Positions 44,449 to 52,657 of a stretch of DNA of 64,000 bases are shown here, piece after piece. Positions within the stretch are counted from its first letter, which is position 1; each line of letters opens with the position of its first letter. Where the stretch lies: contig JAIESE010000013.1 in NCBI GenBank assembly GCA_019746225.1, forward strand, positions 106,063 through 170,062. Direction: 5' to 3'. Below the pieces are notes generated by a model. That model was not told the origin of the DNA. It did no database searches and was given only the letters and a program-made list of their open reading frames with translations. This stretch comes from Alphaproteobacteria bacterium. Its GTDB lineage: Bacteria > Pseudomonadota > Alphaproteobacteria > Paracaedibacterales > VGCI01. Position numbers and translations under genes: made by a program.

Positions 44449-45693
44449 TTACCCTTCAGAATGCGTGGTAAGGGCATCCGGTTGGGGGCTATATTTGGCG
44501 GTTGTGGAAAACATCCACGCACATAAAACGCCACTGGCGAGCATCATCATGGTGCAAGGTATGAGCGTACCATTGCTCAGCAGGCTTACAATTAAAACAC
44601 ATAAGGAAGAAACGCCCATTTCGAGAGTGCTTAATAAGGCGGATGCACTTCCCCGTTGGGACGGAATAACTGAGACTGCTTTTGTGACCGCATTAGCAAA
44701 GACGGGTGCCAGACCCATCGTATACACCGAGAAGGGGATGTAAAGCATCACGAGTGATGTAGGCCAATATACTGTTGCCAAGAGGGCGAAACTTGCCCCC
44801 AAGATCATCAACCATAACCCAAATGCGAGCATGCGCTCCACCCCATAAAATCCAACACATCGTCTGTTGAGGAGCGTCCCAATAATGTAGGCGCCTGGGC
44901 CAATGGCAGCGTAATAGCCATAGTTGACGCTTTTGATGCCCAGCACATTGATCAAATAAAAGGGAGCCGCAACAATCCATGCCCATAAACCCCCATAAGT
45001 TGCAGCTGAAATGAGAGCAAAGGTAATAATCTCTCGGCGTTTGATCAGCTGTATATAATTATGAAGGAGGAATCGCCCGGAAAGGAGGGATCGATGGGAC
45101 GTTCGATGCTCCGGGCTTAAGCTTTCTTTTAAGCAAATTCCGATGGCGAGCCATATGACAGTCGCCACGAGAGCGATTATGAAAAAGCAACTTTTCCATC
45201 CCCAAACGTCAGCGATTTTTCCGCCAAAAATTGGTGCAATCATAGGAGAAAGGGCAATCACGATGCCAAGAGTTGACAAAATCCGAGACAAATTTTTCTC
45301 GTCATAAATGTCTTTGAGAATTGCCGTCGAGACAACCATTGCCATACCGGCGCCGATGCCTTGAATAAAACGGGCAAGAATGAGTGTTGTCATGGTTGGG
45401 GCAAACCAACAACTGATGCTACCCAGGGCAAAAATCGACATGCTCCCCAGGATGACGGGACGACGCCCAATGCTGTCAGAAAGAGGCCCTGCAAGGAGCC
45501 CAAGCAAAGCAAATCCAAGAAGATAACCGCTTAAACTGGTTTGAGCCGCTGCATCGGGGACACTAAAGAACTGCGCGATTTCCGGCAGGCTCGGCAGATA
45601 TATGTCCGTGGACATTTCAAACGCCAAGACAGCAAACATCAGCAAAACCGGGGTTAAGCGATGAAGGTGCAGTCTGTCTATTTTCGCATTCAT
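44449..45693 (-). CDS. MFS transporter (Bcr/CflA-type drug resistance family)
   Basis: 12 TM helices, the DIYLPSLPEIAQFF block and the GPLSDSIGRRPV motif A. Confidence 0.85.
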   Translation of the reverse strand: MNAKIDRLHLHRLTPVLLMFAVLAFEMSTDIYLPSLPEIAQFFSVPDAAAQTSLSGYLLGFALLGLLAGPLSDSIGRRPVILGSMSIFALGSISCWFAPTMTTLILARFIQGIGAGMAMVVSTAILKDIYDEKNLSRILSTLGIVIALSPMIAPIFGGKIADVWGWKSCFFIIALVATVIWLAIGICLKESLSPEHRTSHRSLLSGRFLLHNYIQLIKRREIITFALISAATYGGLWAWIVAAPFYLINVLGIKSVNYGYYAAIGPGAYIIGTLLNRRCVGFYGVERMLAFGLWLMILGASFALLATVYWPTSLVMLYIPFSVYTMGLAPVFANAVTKAVSVIPSQRGSASALLSTLEMGVSSLCVLIVSLLSNGTLIPCTMMMLASGVLCAWMFSTTAKYSPQPDALTTHSEG

Positions 45694-45864
45694 ACTATAG
45701 CCGTATCGTTAATCATTATCGTTTGAAGCATCTCCTTCGTGAAATTTAAGCGATTCTGTTGAAAAAAGCCAGAAACTTGTTGGGGAGGCATCTCCATATA
45801 GGTATTTTTATTCGATGGAATATAACGTCTGTTTTTTTAAATCGTCCCTCTCTCAGAAGTGTCG

Positions 45865-45887
45865 CTAGCGTATTTATACCGTATTGC
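45865..45887 (+). promoter_or_regulatory. Conserved box CTAGCGTATTTATACCGTATTGC overlapping a putative -35 (site 3)
   Basis: 20 of 23 nt match sites 1 and 2. TTGCTG is followed after 16 nt by TATATA. It lies ~55 nt upstream of the ATG at 45941. Confidence 0.45.
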
Positions 45888-45940
45888 TGTTATTAAAAAC
45901 GCGAATATATACTAAATCTCAATTTTTAGGAGATGCCACC

Positions 45941-46771
45941 ATGAAACTTCAATCGTTGCTATTCGCTTTTGCCGCAAATACCCTCATGCCTTATCCGCTA
46001 ATGGCGAGTGATAGCAGAGTTCCAGATCTACCAATAGAAATGGATGTTCCCAAGTGTGCAGGAGTCGCTTCCCAAGGGGAAGTATTGAATCTGGAGGAGA
46101 AAAAGACTCTATTATTGAGCGCGTGTGGGGTTGAAAAAGACCGTCAAGCACTTATCAACGCCTTTAATGAACCTTCTTCTGAGGATGCATTAAGGCAAGT
46201 ATTAGCCTGGATGACGGAAGATAGGCTTAAAAGGAGCACAAAGACTTCAAATTGGTCTTCGTTTATGCTTGGTGTTCTCAAAATATTGGAAGAGTTTGAA
46301 GATGATAAACGACATGCCTTTGTTTTACGGCTAGAACAAAACGGCGTTATGACTAGGTGTAGTAATATTTTTGATATCCATCATTATCTCCAGATCTTTA
46401 GGAATTCTACTACTGAGAAAATGAATCAAGCTATGAGATGGGTTAAAGAAACGGGAATTTGGGAGGTTTGCAAAAGCGGTGAATTCCATTTACCTAACTT
46501 GGTGGAATTAGTAAAAGACTATGACCAGGAGCAACTCGGTTGTGTAACATCATTTCTCAAAACAACAGGGATTTTGAGCCAATATTGCCATCAAAATAAT
46601 CTGTATGAACCCAGAAGGCGTCTCGCAGAGATGCTTAATCTTCTTAAAACGTGCCGCACAGAACAACTAGAGTTTCTTGCGCAATGGATGAAAGCAACGA
46701 CTTACATCTATAAGCACTTGGATGAGGGAAACGGGCGCTTGGGAGAAACTCAGCTCCTGGTACTGCTTTAG
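45941..46771 (+). CDS. Secreted repeat protein, N-terminal part (probably split from 46722..48410 by a frameshift)
   Basis: AGGAG RBS and the ATG at 45941 give the signal peptide MKLQSLLFAFAANTL; the track TTG at 45884 lies inside the box. Recurrent W(M/V)(K/R)E(T/S)G-type modules. Confidence 0.55.
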   Translation: MKLQSLLFAFAANTLMPYPLMASDSRVPDLPIEMDVPKCAGVASQGEVLNLEEKKTLLLSACGVEKDRQALINAFNEPSSEDALRQVLAWMTEDRLKRSTKTSNWSSFMLGVLKILEEFEDDKRHAFVLRLEQNGVMTRCSNIFDIHHYLQIFRNSTTEKMNQAMRWVKETGIWEVCKSGEFHLPNLVELVKDYDQEQLGCVTSFLKTTGILSQYCHQNNLYEPRRRLAEMLNLLKTCRTEQLEFLAQWMKATTYIYKHLDEGNGRLGETQLLVLL

Positions 46772-48410
46772 TAATTTTATTCTTTTAGGTAAGAGGTATG
46801 ATGAATCATTATTTATCAAAGCCTTATCTGAAAATTATGTCACTAGTGCTGGCCTTACTCAGGAAATCTTTTTTGACTTTTTTATGAGACATTTTCCGGA
46901 TGGTGACTCGGTAGATTCTTTGCGCAAATTAAAAGCTGCTGCTACCTGGATTAATGAATCATATTCAGAAAAATTTTACTCTAGTGAGGTAAAAGAGCTA
47001 TTTTCTATTCTCAAAAAATACGATTTTGAATATTTAAAGCTAATTACATCCGTCCTAATGGAAATGCGTTGGTTGGATACAATGCAGCCTTGTAATTTAA
47101 CACTCGCATTAAGAAGATTAAAAAACTGTAACAAGGAAACCTTCACAACAATTATTTCATGGATGAAAGAATCTGGGGTTTTGGCAACCTGCAATGATGT
47201 GGAAAGTTTTCTTAACGTAATCAGTTCCATCCAAACATGTGGGCCAGAGGACCTCAGAAATCTTATAGAACAAGGGGTTGTTCCAGAAAACGTTATTGAA
47301 GTTTTGATCCGCGTGTTGGGTGAAACCCATCCCGTCACCCAAAATCTCATAGAATTAGCCATTGGGTATGACAATCAACGAAACCCCAATAGCCCATTTG
47401 CAGTTTACTGTGAAATGAGGAAAAAGAGTAGTGATGAGGTTGAACACCGCCAACTTCAATTAACGACAGGTCTATCTTTGCGGTTAAATAGTATCAAGGA
47501 ACCTCGACCAGCAATCAGTATTCATATGCCTTCCAATGTTTGGAAAAGACTTTTTGAACAGTTTGAGAAAATAGATCCATCTACTTACACTGAACTTTTG
47601 GGTGATATTTCCCTAGAAACTATCTTGAAACTTAAAAATCACCACGACATTGTAAGGCTTCTGGACCCCAAAGATAGTCTAAAAGTTAATAAAAAGATCT
47701 CTTCGCACAGTCATATGTTGAGAGAAGTTCTTAAAAAAGCGCAAGAGGATTTTAGACTAGACCACGAGAATATTGGCAGTTTTGTACAGCTCTTGGTCAA
47801 CATCACAACGTGTCAAACAGGAAAGCTCAACGGGATTACTCACAGTTATATCTATATGAACCAGGGTCGCGCGCTCGATGAAAGTGTATTGGGGGCAGAA
47901 GGGTTTAAGCAAGAAATTGTCAGTTTCTTTAAGGAAGAATTACGACGCTTTAGAGAAGCAACCTTAGCGGCAATTGTGAGGAATATTACGAGGAGGCCAC
48001 AGGCTGATCCTCATGATCTTTACTATGTACGTGGCATTATTGGTCATGAGACTGGCCTCTTTTTTGAGAATGAGACCCCAACGGTTGACATTTATGCTTG
48101 GGGTGTCTCTGGGAAATTGAGGGGAAAAACCAAACAACAATTGTTGGATTTGTTCTATCAATATTACAAGGTGGAAGATGTGGTGGATCGCGTTCACTCG
48201 ATGTTAAACAATGGCTCAATTAGTATCTCAAATGAGTACTTAAGGGATGAGGCTATGGACGAAACATTGAGTGCGTGGGATCCTGAACTCGTGGTGCTGG
48301 ATGGTCAACAAAAGCCTTTGGGTCTTACCCCAAAAGCAGCACAGCGCCTTCTGGAAATTCTCGGTTTTGTCGTGAACGAAAATAAACCAGAGGAAACCAT
48401 GAAAACTTAA
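46722..48410 (+). CDS. Repeat protein, C-terminal part with a unique ~330-aa C-terminal domain
   Basis: The same module (TWMRETGAWEKL, SWMKESGVLATC) continues here. This frame is open from 46692 and overlaps the upstream ORF by 80 nt. Confidence 0.55.
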   Translation: MRETGAWEKLSSWYCFSNFILLGKRYDESLFIKALSENYVTSAGLTQEIFFDFFMRHFPDGDSVDSLRKLKAAATWINESYSEKFYSSEVKELFSILKKYDFEYLKLITSVLMEMRWLDTMQPCNLTLALRRLKNCNKETFTTIISWMKESGVLATCNDVESFLNVISSIQTCGPEDLRNLIEQGVVPENVIEVLIRVLGETHPVTQNLIELAIGYDNQRNPNSPFAVYCEMRKKSSDEVEHRQLQLTTGLSLRLNSIKEPRPAISIHMPSNVWKRLFEQFEKIDPSTYTELLGDISLETILKLKNHHDIVRLLDPKDSLKVNKKISSHSHMLREVLKKAQEDFRLDHENIGSFVQLLVNITTCQTGKLNGITHSYIYMNQGRALDESVLGAEGFKQEIVSFFKEELRRFREATLAAIVRNITRRPQADPHDLYYVRGIIGHETGLFFENETPTVDIYAWGVSGKLRGKTKQQLLDLFYQYYKVEDVVDRVHSMLNNGSISISNEYLRDEAMDETLSAWDPELVVLDGQQKPLGLTPKAAQRLLEILGFVVNENKPEETMKT

Positions 48411-48443
48411 TGAGGCAGCTTCAGCAAGGCAGAAGATAAAGAC

Positions 48444-48623
48444 TCAATCATCCAAAGAGCTTTTCTCCCCTGCTTCTTCCGCATCTTCCTCTTCCGCTGT
48501 CTCTTGAGTGGGGATTTTGTAATCTTCCCTAAACCATTTGATGAGGTCAATGTTCTTACAGGTCTTTGAACAGAACGGTGCATAGGTTTTATCAGCGTGC
48601 TTTTGGCAAATAGGACACGGCAT
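48444..48623 (-). CDS. yacG: DNA gyrase inhibitor YacG (zinc finger); 59 aa, below the ORF-track cutoff
   Basis: My own translation is MPCPICQKHADKTYAPFCSKTCKNIDLIKWFREDYKIPTQE... It matches CPxC...PFCSxxCxxIDLxxW...IP of YacG. TAATG overlap with the upstream kinase gene. Confidence 0.75.
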   Translation of the reverse strand: MPCPICQKHADKTYAPFCSKTCKNIDLIKWFREDYKIPTQETAEEEDAEEAGEKSSLDD

Positions 48624-49654
48624 TAGAATTCGCCTCCTTTGATGAATTGAGATTTGAGAACGGCATGGGATAAAGGCTCCTGATCATGGTCTTTGAACCA
48701 GGCTTTAAGGGCGGCTAAATCGGGGTGTTCCAAACAGCTATGAAGCATTTTCCACATGCGGGGGAGATGATTGAGGTAATGGGTTTTGCCGTCCCGCACC
48801 GCAAGGCGGGTAAAGATGCCGATGTTTTTGGCATGGCGTCCAGCGGCCAATAGGCACCCTGATGATCTCAAAGCTTCTTCATCCAAATGAGGAAAGGCCC
48901 CTAAATATCGTTGCCAGCAATGCTCGATGAGCGCAGGCTCTAAATCGAGGCGTTCATCCTCCACAAGGGAGATAAGATCATAAGCAACGGGTCCCCATCC
49001 CGCATCTTGAAAATCCAGAAGTCCACAGGCGGCAACATCAGCGCGATCTTTCAAGAGCATCAAATTATCCACATGATAGTCCCGCAATGCTAAGGTATGG
49101 GGACTCTTAACTGCTTTTTCAAAAACAGGTCTCCAGAGATCGAGATAGTCTACTTTCTCGGAATTGGACAAGCTCTTATTGCAATTCGCAGGCACATACC
49201 AGTCAACAAATTGGGTGACTTCTCGCAGCATATGATCAACATCATAAGCGGGGATAAATTCTGGGCAATCCGTTGCCCGCTGATGAAGAGCGATGAGGGT
49301 ATCGACCGCCAACTCATAGAGGGGATAGGGATCATGGCCTGCTTGCAACAGTTTTGTATAAGTCGTCTCACCAAAATCCTCTATGGCCAGTAACCCTTGG
49401 GACAAATCTTCGGCGAGGATGGCAGGCGCTGAAAATCCAAGATCCTTCAAATGGGATGCCACGCGCACAAATTGGGTGGGATTTTCAGGAGGTGGTGCAT
49501 CCATCAAGAGTCCCCCCTCATAGCGGAAATATTGTCGCTTCGAGGCATCACAAGGCAACGCCGTCAGGGATTGATGGCCTAAAAAGAGATGCCGTTGCGC
49601 TACCCGGTCGAGGGGATCAACTTGTGGTTTCTGGTAAGGTTTTAAGCGACTCAT
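48623..49654 (-). CDS. Aminoglycoside-phosphotransferase-fold kinase (AmgK-like)
   Basis: LRDYHVDNLMLL (catalytic loop) and LLDFQDAG. The position after tsaE is common in alphaproteobacteria. Confidence 0.72.
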   Translation of the reverse strand: MSRLKPYQKPQVDPLDRVAQRHLFLGHQSLTALPCDASKRQYFRYEGGLLMDAPPPENPTQFVRVASHLKDLGFSAPAILAEDLSQGLLAIEDFGETTYTKLLQAGHDPYPLYELAVDTLIALHQRATDCPEFIPAYDVDHMLREVTQFVDWYVPANCNKSLSNSEKVDYLDLWRPVFEKAVKSPHTLALRDYHVDNLMLLKDRADVAACGLLDFQDAGWGPVAYDLISLVEDERLDLEPALIEHCWQRYLGAFPHLDEEALRSSGCLLAAGRHAKNIGIFTRLAVRDGKTHYLNHLPRMWKMLHSCLEHPDLAALKAWFKDHDQEPLSHAVLKSQFIKGGEF

Positions 49655-49825
49655 GGGGTCCTACTAAGGTTATGGTAATTTCTCGCGTTGTTTCATTGAC
49701 GATTTTTAATGTGATATCAATTCGTCGGCGGGGCAATAAATCAGCCAACCGCTCCGGCCATTCTATCAAGCATATGGCCTCATGAAAAGCATCTTCAAGG
49801 CCTAACTCAAAGTTTCCTGAGGGTA
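49608..49825 (-). pseudogene. Duplicated 3' end of tsaE (copy of 51475-51692)
   Basis: The core 49613-49803 differs from 51480-51670 at about 6 positions by eye. The translation FELGLEDAFHEAICLIEWPERLADLLPRRRIDIT.KIVNETTREITIT.VGPHESLKTLPETTS equals the TsaE C-terminus. Confidence 0.92.
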
Positions 49826-49917
49826 AAGAAAAATTTGAAGATCTGTAAGATAGAGACCTTTTTAGCAAATTAAACTGATATTCCTGAAATAACTCACCCT
49901 CTTTGAAACTTTAGGAA

Positions 49918-49940
49918 CTAGCGTATTTTTACGGTATTGC
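49918..49940 (+). promoter_or_regulatory. Conserved box CTAGCGTATTTTTACGGTATTGC overlapping a putative -35 (site 2)
   Basis: Identical to site 1, with 26 nt identical when flanks are included. TTGCAA is followed after 18 nt by TACAAT. It lies ~80 nt upstream of the 50019 ATG. Confidence 0.5.
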
Positions 49941-50018
49941 AAAAATATATTTTGTGTCTCTACAATAATGCTCATTTTTTAATAAGTACTTTATGTTTAT
50001 TAAAATTTATTATTTAGC

Positions 50019-51434
50019 ATGGAGAAAAAAATACATAAATATTTAAAACAAACAACTTTTGCTTTATTAGTGACAGGACTCTGTTCTCAAATAGGGTTTA
50101 CATCTGAAGAGGGTAAGGAAAGTAAGAAAAGAAAGTCTTCTCATTCTTCTATCGCTCATACTGAACGCTTACAGGGAGATCAAACTTCAGCAGTAATATC
50201 TCCTATGCTTAAGTCCCAGAAGACTGAGGATGAACCTCAAATAGATCTTCGTAATCTTGGTAAGCTTTTTGAGTTGCCTTATCACGTTCGTATGCAACTC
50301 TACGGACTTTTGGATAGCACAACTCTTAAGTTCTTAAATATTCAAAACAGAGCATTACGATGTGAGATCTTTCAACAAAGAGGAGGTAGAATAGACTTAA
50401 AAATAAACACTCCTGTAGAAGCTTTAAGGGGGATGCTTAGGAAAGTCGGAAAAATAGACCTAGTGGCTAACTGTCTGAGATATTTGAATGTTCAAGGCTT
50501 GAGTGTTCTTGCAAAGCAAGATGGAACAGTTGATAAAACTCAATTCTTGGATGACGAAATCGTGGACCTCCTTGCCAGGTGCAAAAATTTGAAATCTTTC
50601 GCATTGTCTAGCTGTATAATCTGTCCCGGTGGTAAGAATTGGACTGAAGAAAGTACGGAAAATTGGGGAAATAACCAAAACCCTTTAAGACCTGTGGCTA
50701 GAAACGCCCTTACTCGCCTTTGCGAGGTTATATCAACAGAAACTTTATGCGAAGAGTTGATTTACGATTCAACTCCTTATTCTGAAAATTGGGAGTGGGA
50801 CCACGAAGATTGCCATGTTAATGGTCCTTTCGATTCCGATTCTGCCCTAAAAATTGTGCGTAAATCTTTTAATTTTTCAAAATTGAAAAAATTAAAAATT
50901 GGTTTAAATTTTGATACCACCTCCCTTTCTAAAATAGTTAAAGAAAAAATAGAATATATGACTTCATTGGAATATTTAAATTTACATTTTTGTGGGGATT
51001 TTCAAGAACTATTTATTGAGCTCCTGGGAAAAGTCAAAAATAATAGCAAACTAAAAGTATTTAAATTAGAATCTGAAGAATACTCATACGGCTTTAATCT
51101 TAGAATGCTCACTGAAATTTTTAATTCTGATCTATATATACAAAGAATATATCTTCATAATTTATGGTTTGACTGTGATCATCAAAATATTTTTAGGGAA
51201 TTATGCCAAGCTGTAAACCAATCTAGAAGTTTAGTTAAACTGAAATTTTTAGCACTTAAATTGCCTTATGGACAAGGTTTTTATAATGGGCTCAACCTCT
51301 TATTCAGGATAAAAGTTTTTTGCCATAATTGTCGTGAACCAATAGAAAACAAATGTTTTGATCCGAAGAATTTTACAAGGAAAAGCTTAATAATTGAGAC
51401 TTTTTGCGAAGAGTGCAAGGCAAACGGTGAGTAA
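50019..51434 (+). CDS. Eukaryote-like F-box-like / leucine-rich-repeat protein with a signal peptide
   Basis: LFELPYHVRMQLYGLLDSTTLKFLNIQNRALRCEI fits the F-box spacing (LPxx...L..L......L). It is followed by RNI-type LRRs (LKSFALSSC, LKKLKIGLNF, LEYLNLHFCG, LKVFKLES, LVKLKFLALKL). C-terminal CxxC...CxxC. About one-third GC by eye. Confidence 0.6.
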   Translation: MEKKIHKYLKQTTFALLVTGLCSQIGFTSEEGKESKKRKSSHSSIAHTERLQGDQTSAVISPMLKSQKTEDEPQIDLRNLGKLFELPYHVRMQLYGLLDSTTLKFLNIQNRALRCEIFQQRGGRIDLKINTPVEALRGMLRKVGKIDLVANCLRYLNVQGLSVLAKQDGTVDKTQFLDDEIVDLLARCKNLKSFALSSCIICPGGKNWTEESTENWGNNQNPLRPVARNALTRLCEVISTETLCEELIYDSTPYSENWEWDHEDCHVNGPFDSDSALKIVRKSFNFSKLKKLKIGLNFDTTSLSKIVKEKIEYMTSLEYLNLHFCGDFQELFIELLGKVKNNSKLKVFKLESEEYSYGFNLRMLTEIFNSDLYIQRIYLHNLWFDCDHQNIFRELCQAVNQSRSLVKLKFLALKLPYGQGFYNGLNLLFRIKVFCHNCREPIENKCFDPKNFTRKSLIIETFCEECKANGE

Positions 51435-51484
51435 TGGGTCCAGTTTTTAAATTCGTCGTCTGGCCATCCCTTCAGTTGAGGAGA

Positions 51485-51946
51485 TCAACTTGTGGTTTCT
51501 GGTAAGGTTTTAAGCGACTCATGGGGTCCTACTATGGTTATGGTAATTTCTCGTGTTGTTTCATTGACGATTTTAAAAGTGATATCAATCCGTCGGCGGG
51601 GTAATAAATCAGCCAACCGCTCCGGCCATTCTATCAAGCATATGGCCTCATGAAAAGCATCTTCAAGGCCCAGTTCAAACACTTCCTCGGGGTCTTTGAG
51701 ACGATAAAGATCGCAATGCCACACTTCGCCTTGAGGGGTATCATAAGCTTGTACAAGCGTGAAAGTCGGACTGGGGACATCTATGTCTTGACCAACCATA
51801 GTTTGAATGAGAATGCGCGCAAATGTCGTTTTCCCGACGCCCAAATCCCCCCACAAGGCAATCACGTCTCCTGGCCGCAAAGCTTCTGCCAGAGGCTGCA
51901 CCAAGCTACTGAGGTCTTGTTGAGTGAGGGTGTAGGTGAATGTCAT
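51485..51946 (-). CDS. tsaE: tRNA t6A biosynthesis ATPase TsaE
   Basis: WGDLGVGKTTFAR (P-loop), SPTFTLV and HCDLYRL. Confidence 0.9.
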   Translation of the reverse strand: MTFTYTLTQQDLSSLVQPLAEALRPGDVIALWGDLGVGKTTFARILIQTMVGQDIDVPSPTFTLVQAYDTPQGEVWHCDLYRLKDPEEVFELGLEDAFHEAICLIEWPERLADLLPRRRIDITFKIVNETTREITITIVGPHESLKTLPETTS

Positions 51947-51961
51947 ATATCTTACAACTTA

Positions 51962-52285
51962 CTATGCTGCAACAACATGTGTTACTGCGGGACGAAATTT
52001 TGAATGGTTTCTTTTGATGACAATATCAACATCCCAATCGAGTAAATTGAGGAGATGGATTAAGCGATCAATAGAAAACTTGTGAAGACGTCCTCTAAAC
52101 AAATCAGAAACATCAGGTTGCTTTAGACCCAAGACACGGGCTGCCTGCGTCTGAGTCAGTTTTCTCGAAATGATGGTTTTTTGGATCTTTCGAGCCAATT
52201 CAGCCTTAGCCAGAACTTCCTCAGGCTCTTTAATCTTTAGGTCAGCAAATATATTATCGCTCGCCTTAATAATTTTTTCCGTCAT
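51962..52285 (-). CDS. XRE-family HTH antitoxin (HigA-like)
   Basis: LTQTQAARVLGLKQPDVSDLFRGRLHKFSIDRLI HTH. 4-nt overlap with the upstream toxin gene. Confidence 0.8.
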   Translation of the reverse strand: MTEKIIKASDNIFADLKIKEPEEVLAKAELARKIQKTIISRKLTQTQAARVLGLKQPDVSDLFRGRLHKFSIDRLIHLLNLLDWDVDIVIKRNHSKFRPAVTHVVAA

Positions 52286-52650
52286 TTCTTTCTCCTTTCA
52301 TAATCTTCTTGAGCTCTTTTAAACCGCGCCTCAATCAGATCAATTTCTTTCTTTGGTGTTGCAATTCCATGCTTAGACTTTTTTTGAAAGGCATGGAGAA
52401 CATATATAGCTTCTTTAAGTGTGACTGTATAAACAACTCTAAAGGTATTAGTGTTATGATCTTCAACAATCTCTAAAACTCCTGATCCCTTAAATCCTTT
52501 TAGAGGTTTTACTGAAGAATGTTTTTCTCCCATTTGTGCTAGGTAGAGAGCATAACCAGCTTCTTCTCGAACCTCCTCAGGAAAGTCTAGTAGATCAATT
52601 TTTGTGCTACCAACCCAATACAATGGTTTTATCACACCTAACTCCCTCAA
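52282..52650 (-). CDS. RelE/HigB-superfamily toxin (Gp49/DUF891-like)
   Basis: LKGFKGSGVLEIVEDHNTNTFRVVYTV...IYVLHAFQKKS matches the Gp49-like HigB family. Toxin-first gene order. Confidence 0.8.
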   Translation of the reverse strand: MRELGVIKPLYWVGSTKIDLLDFPEEVREEAGYALYLAQMGEKHSSVKPLKGFKGSGVLEIVEDHNTNTFRVVYTVTLKEAIYVLHAFQKKSKHGIATPKKEIDLIEARFKRAQEDYERRKK

Positions 52651-52657
52651 TCTTTAA

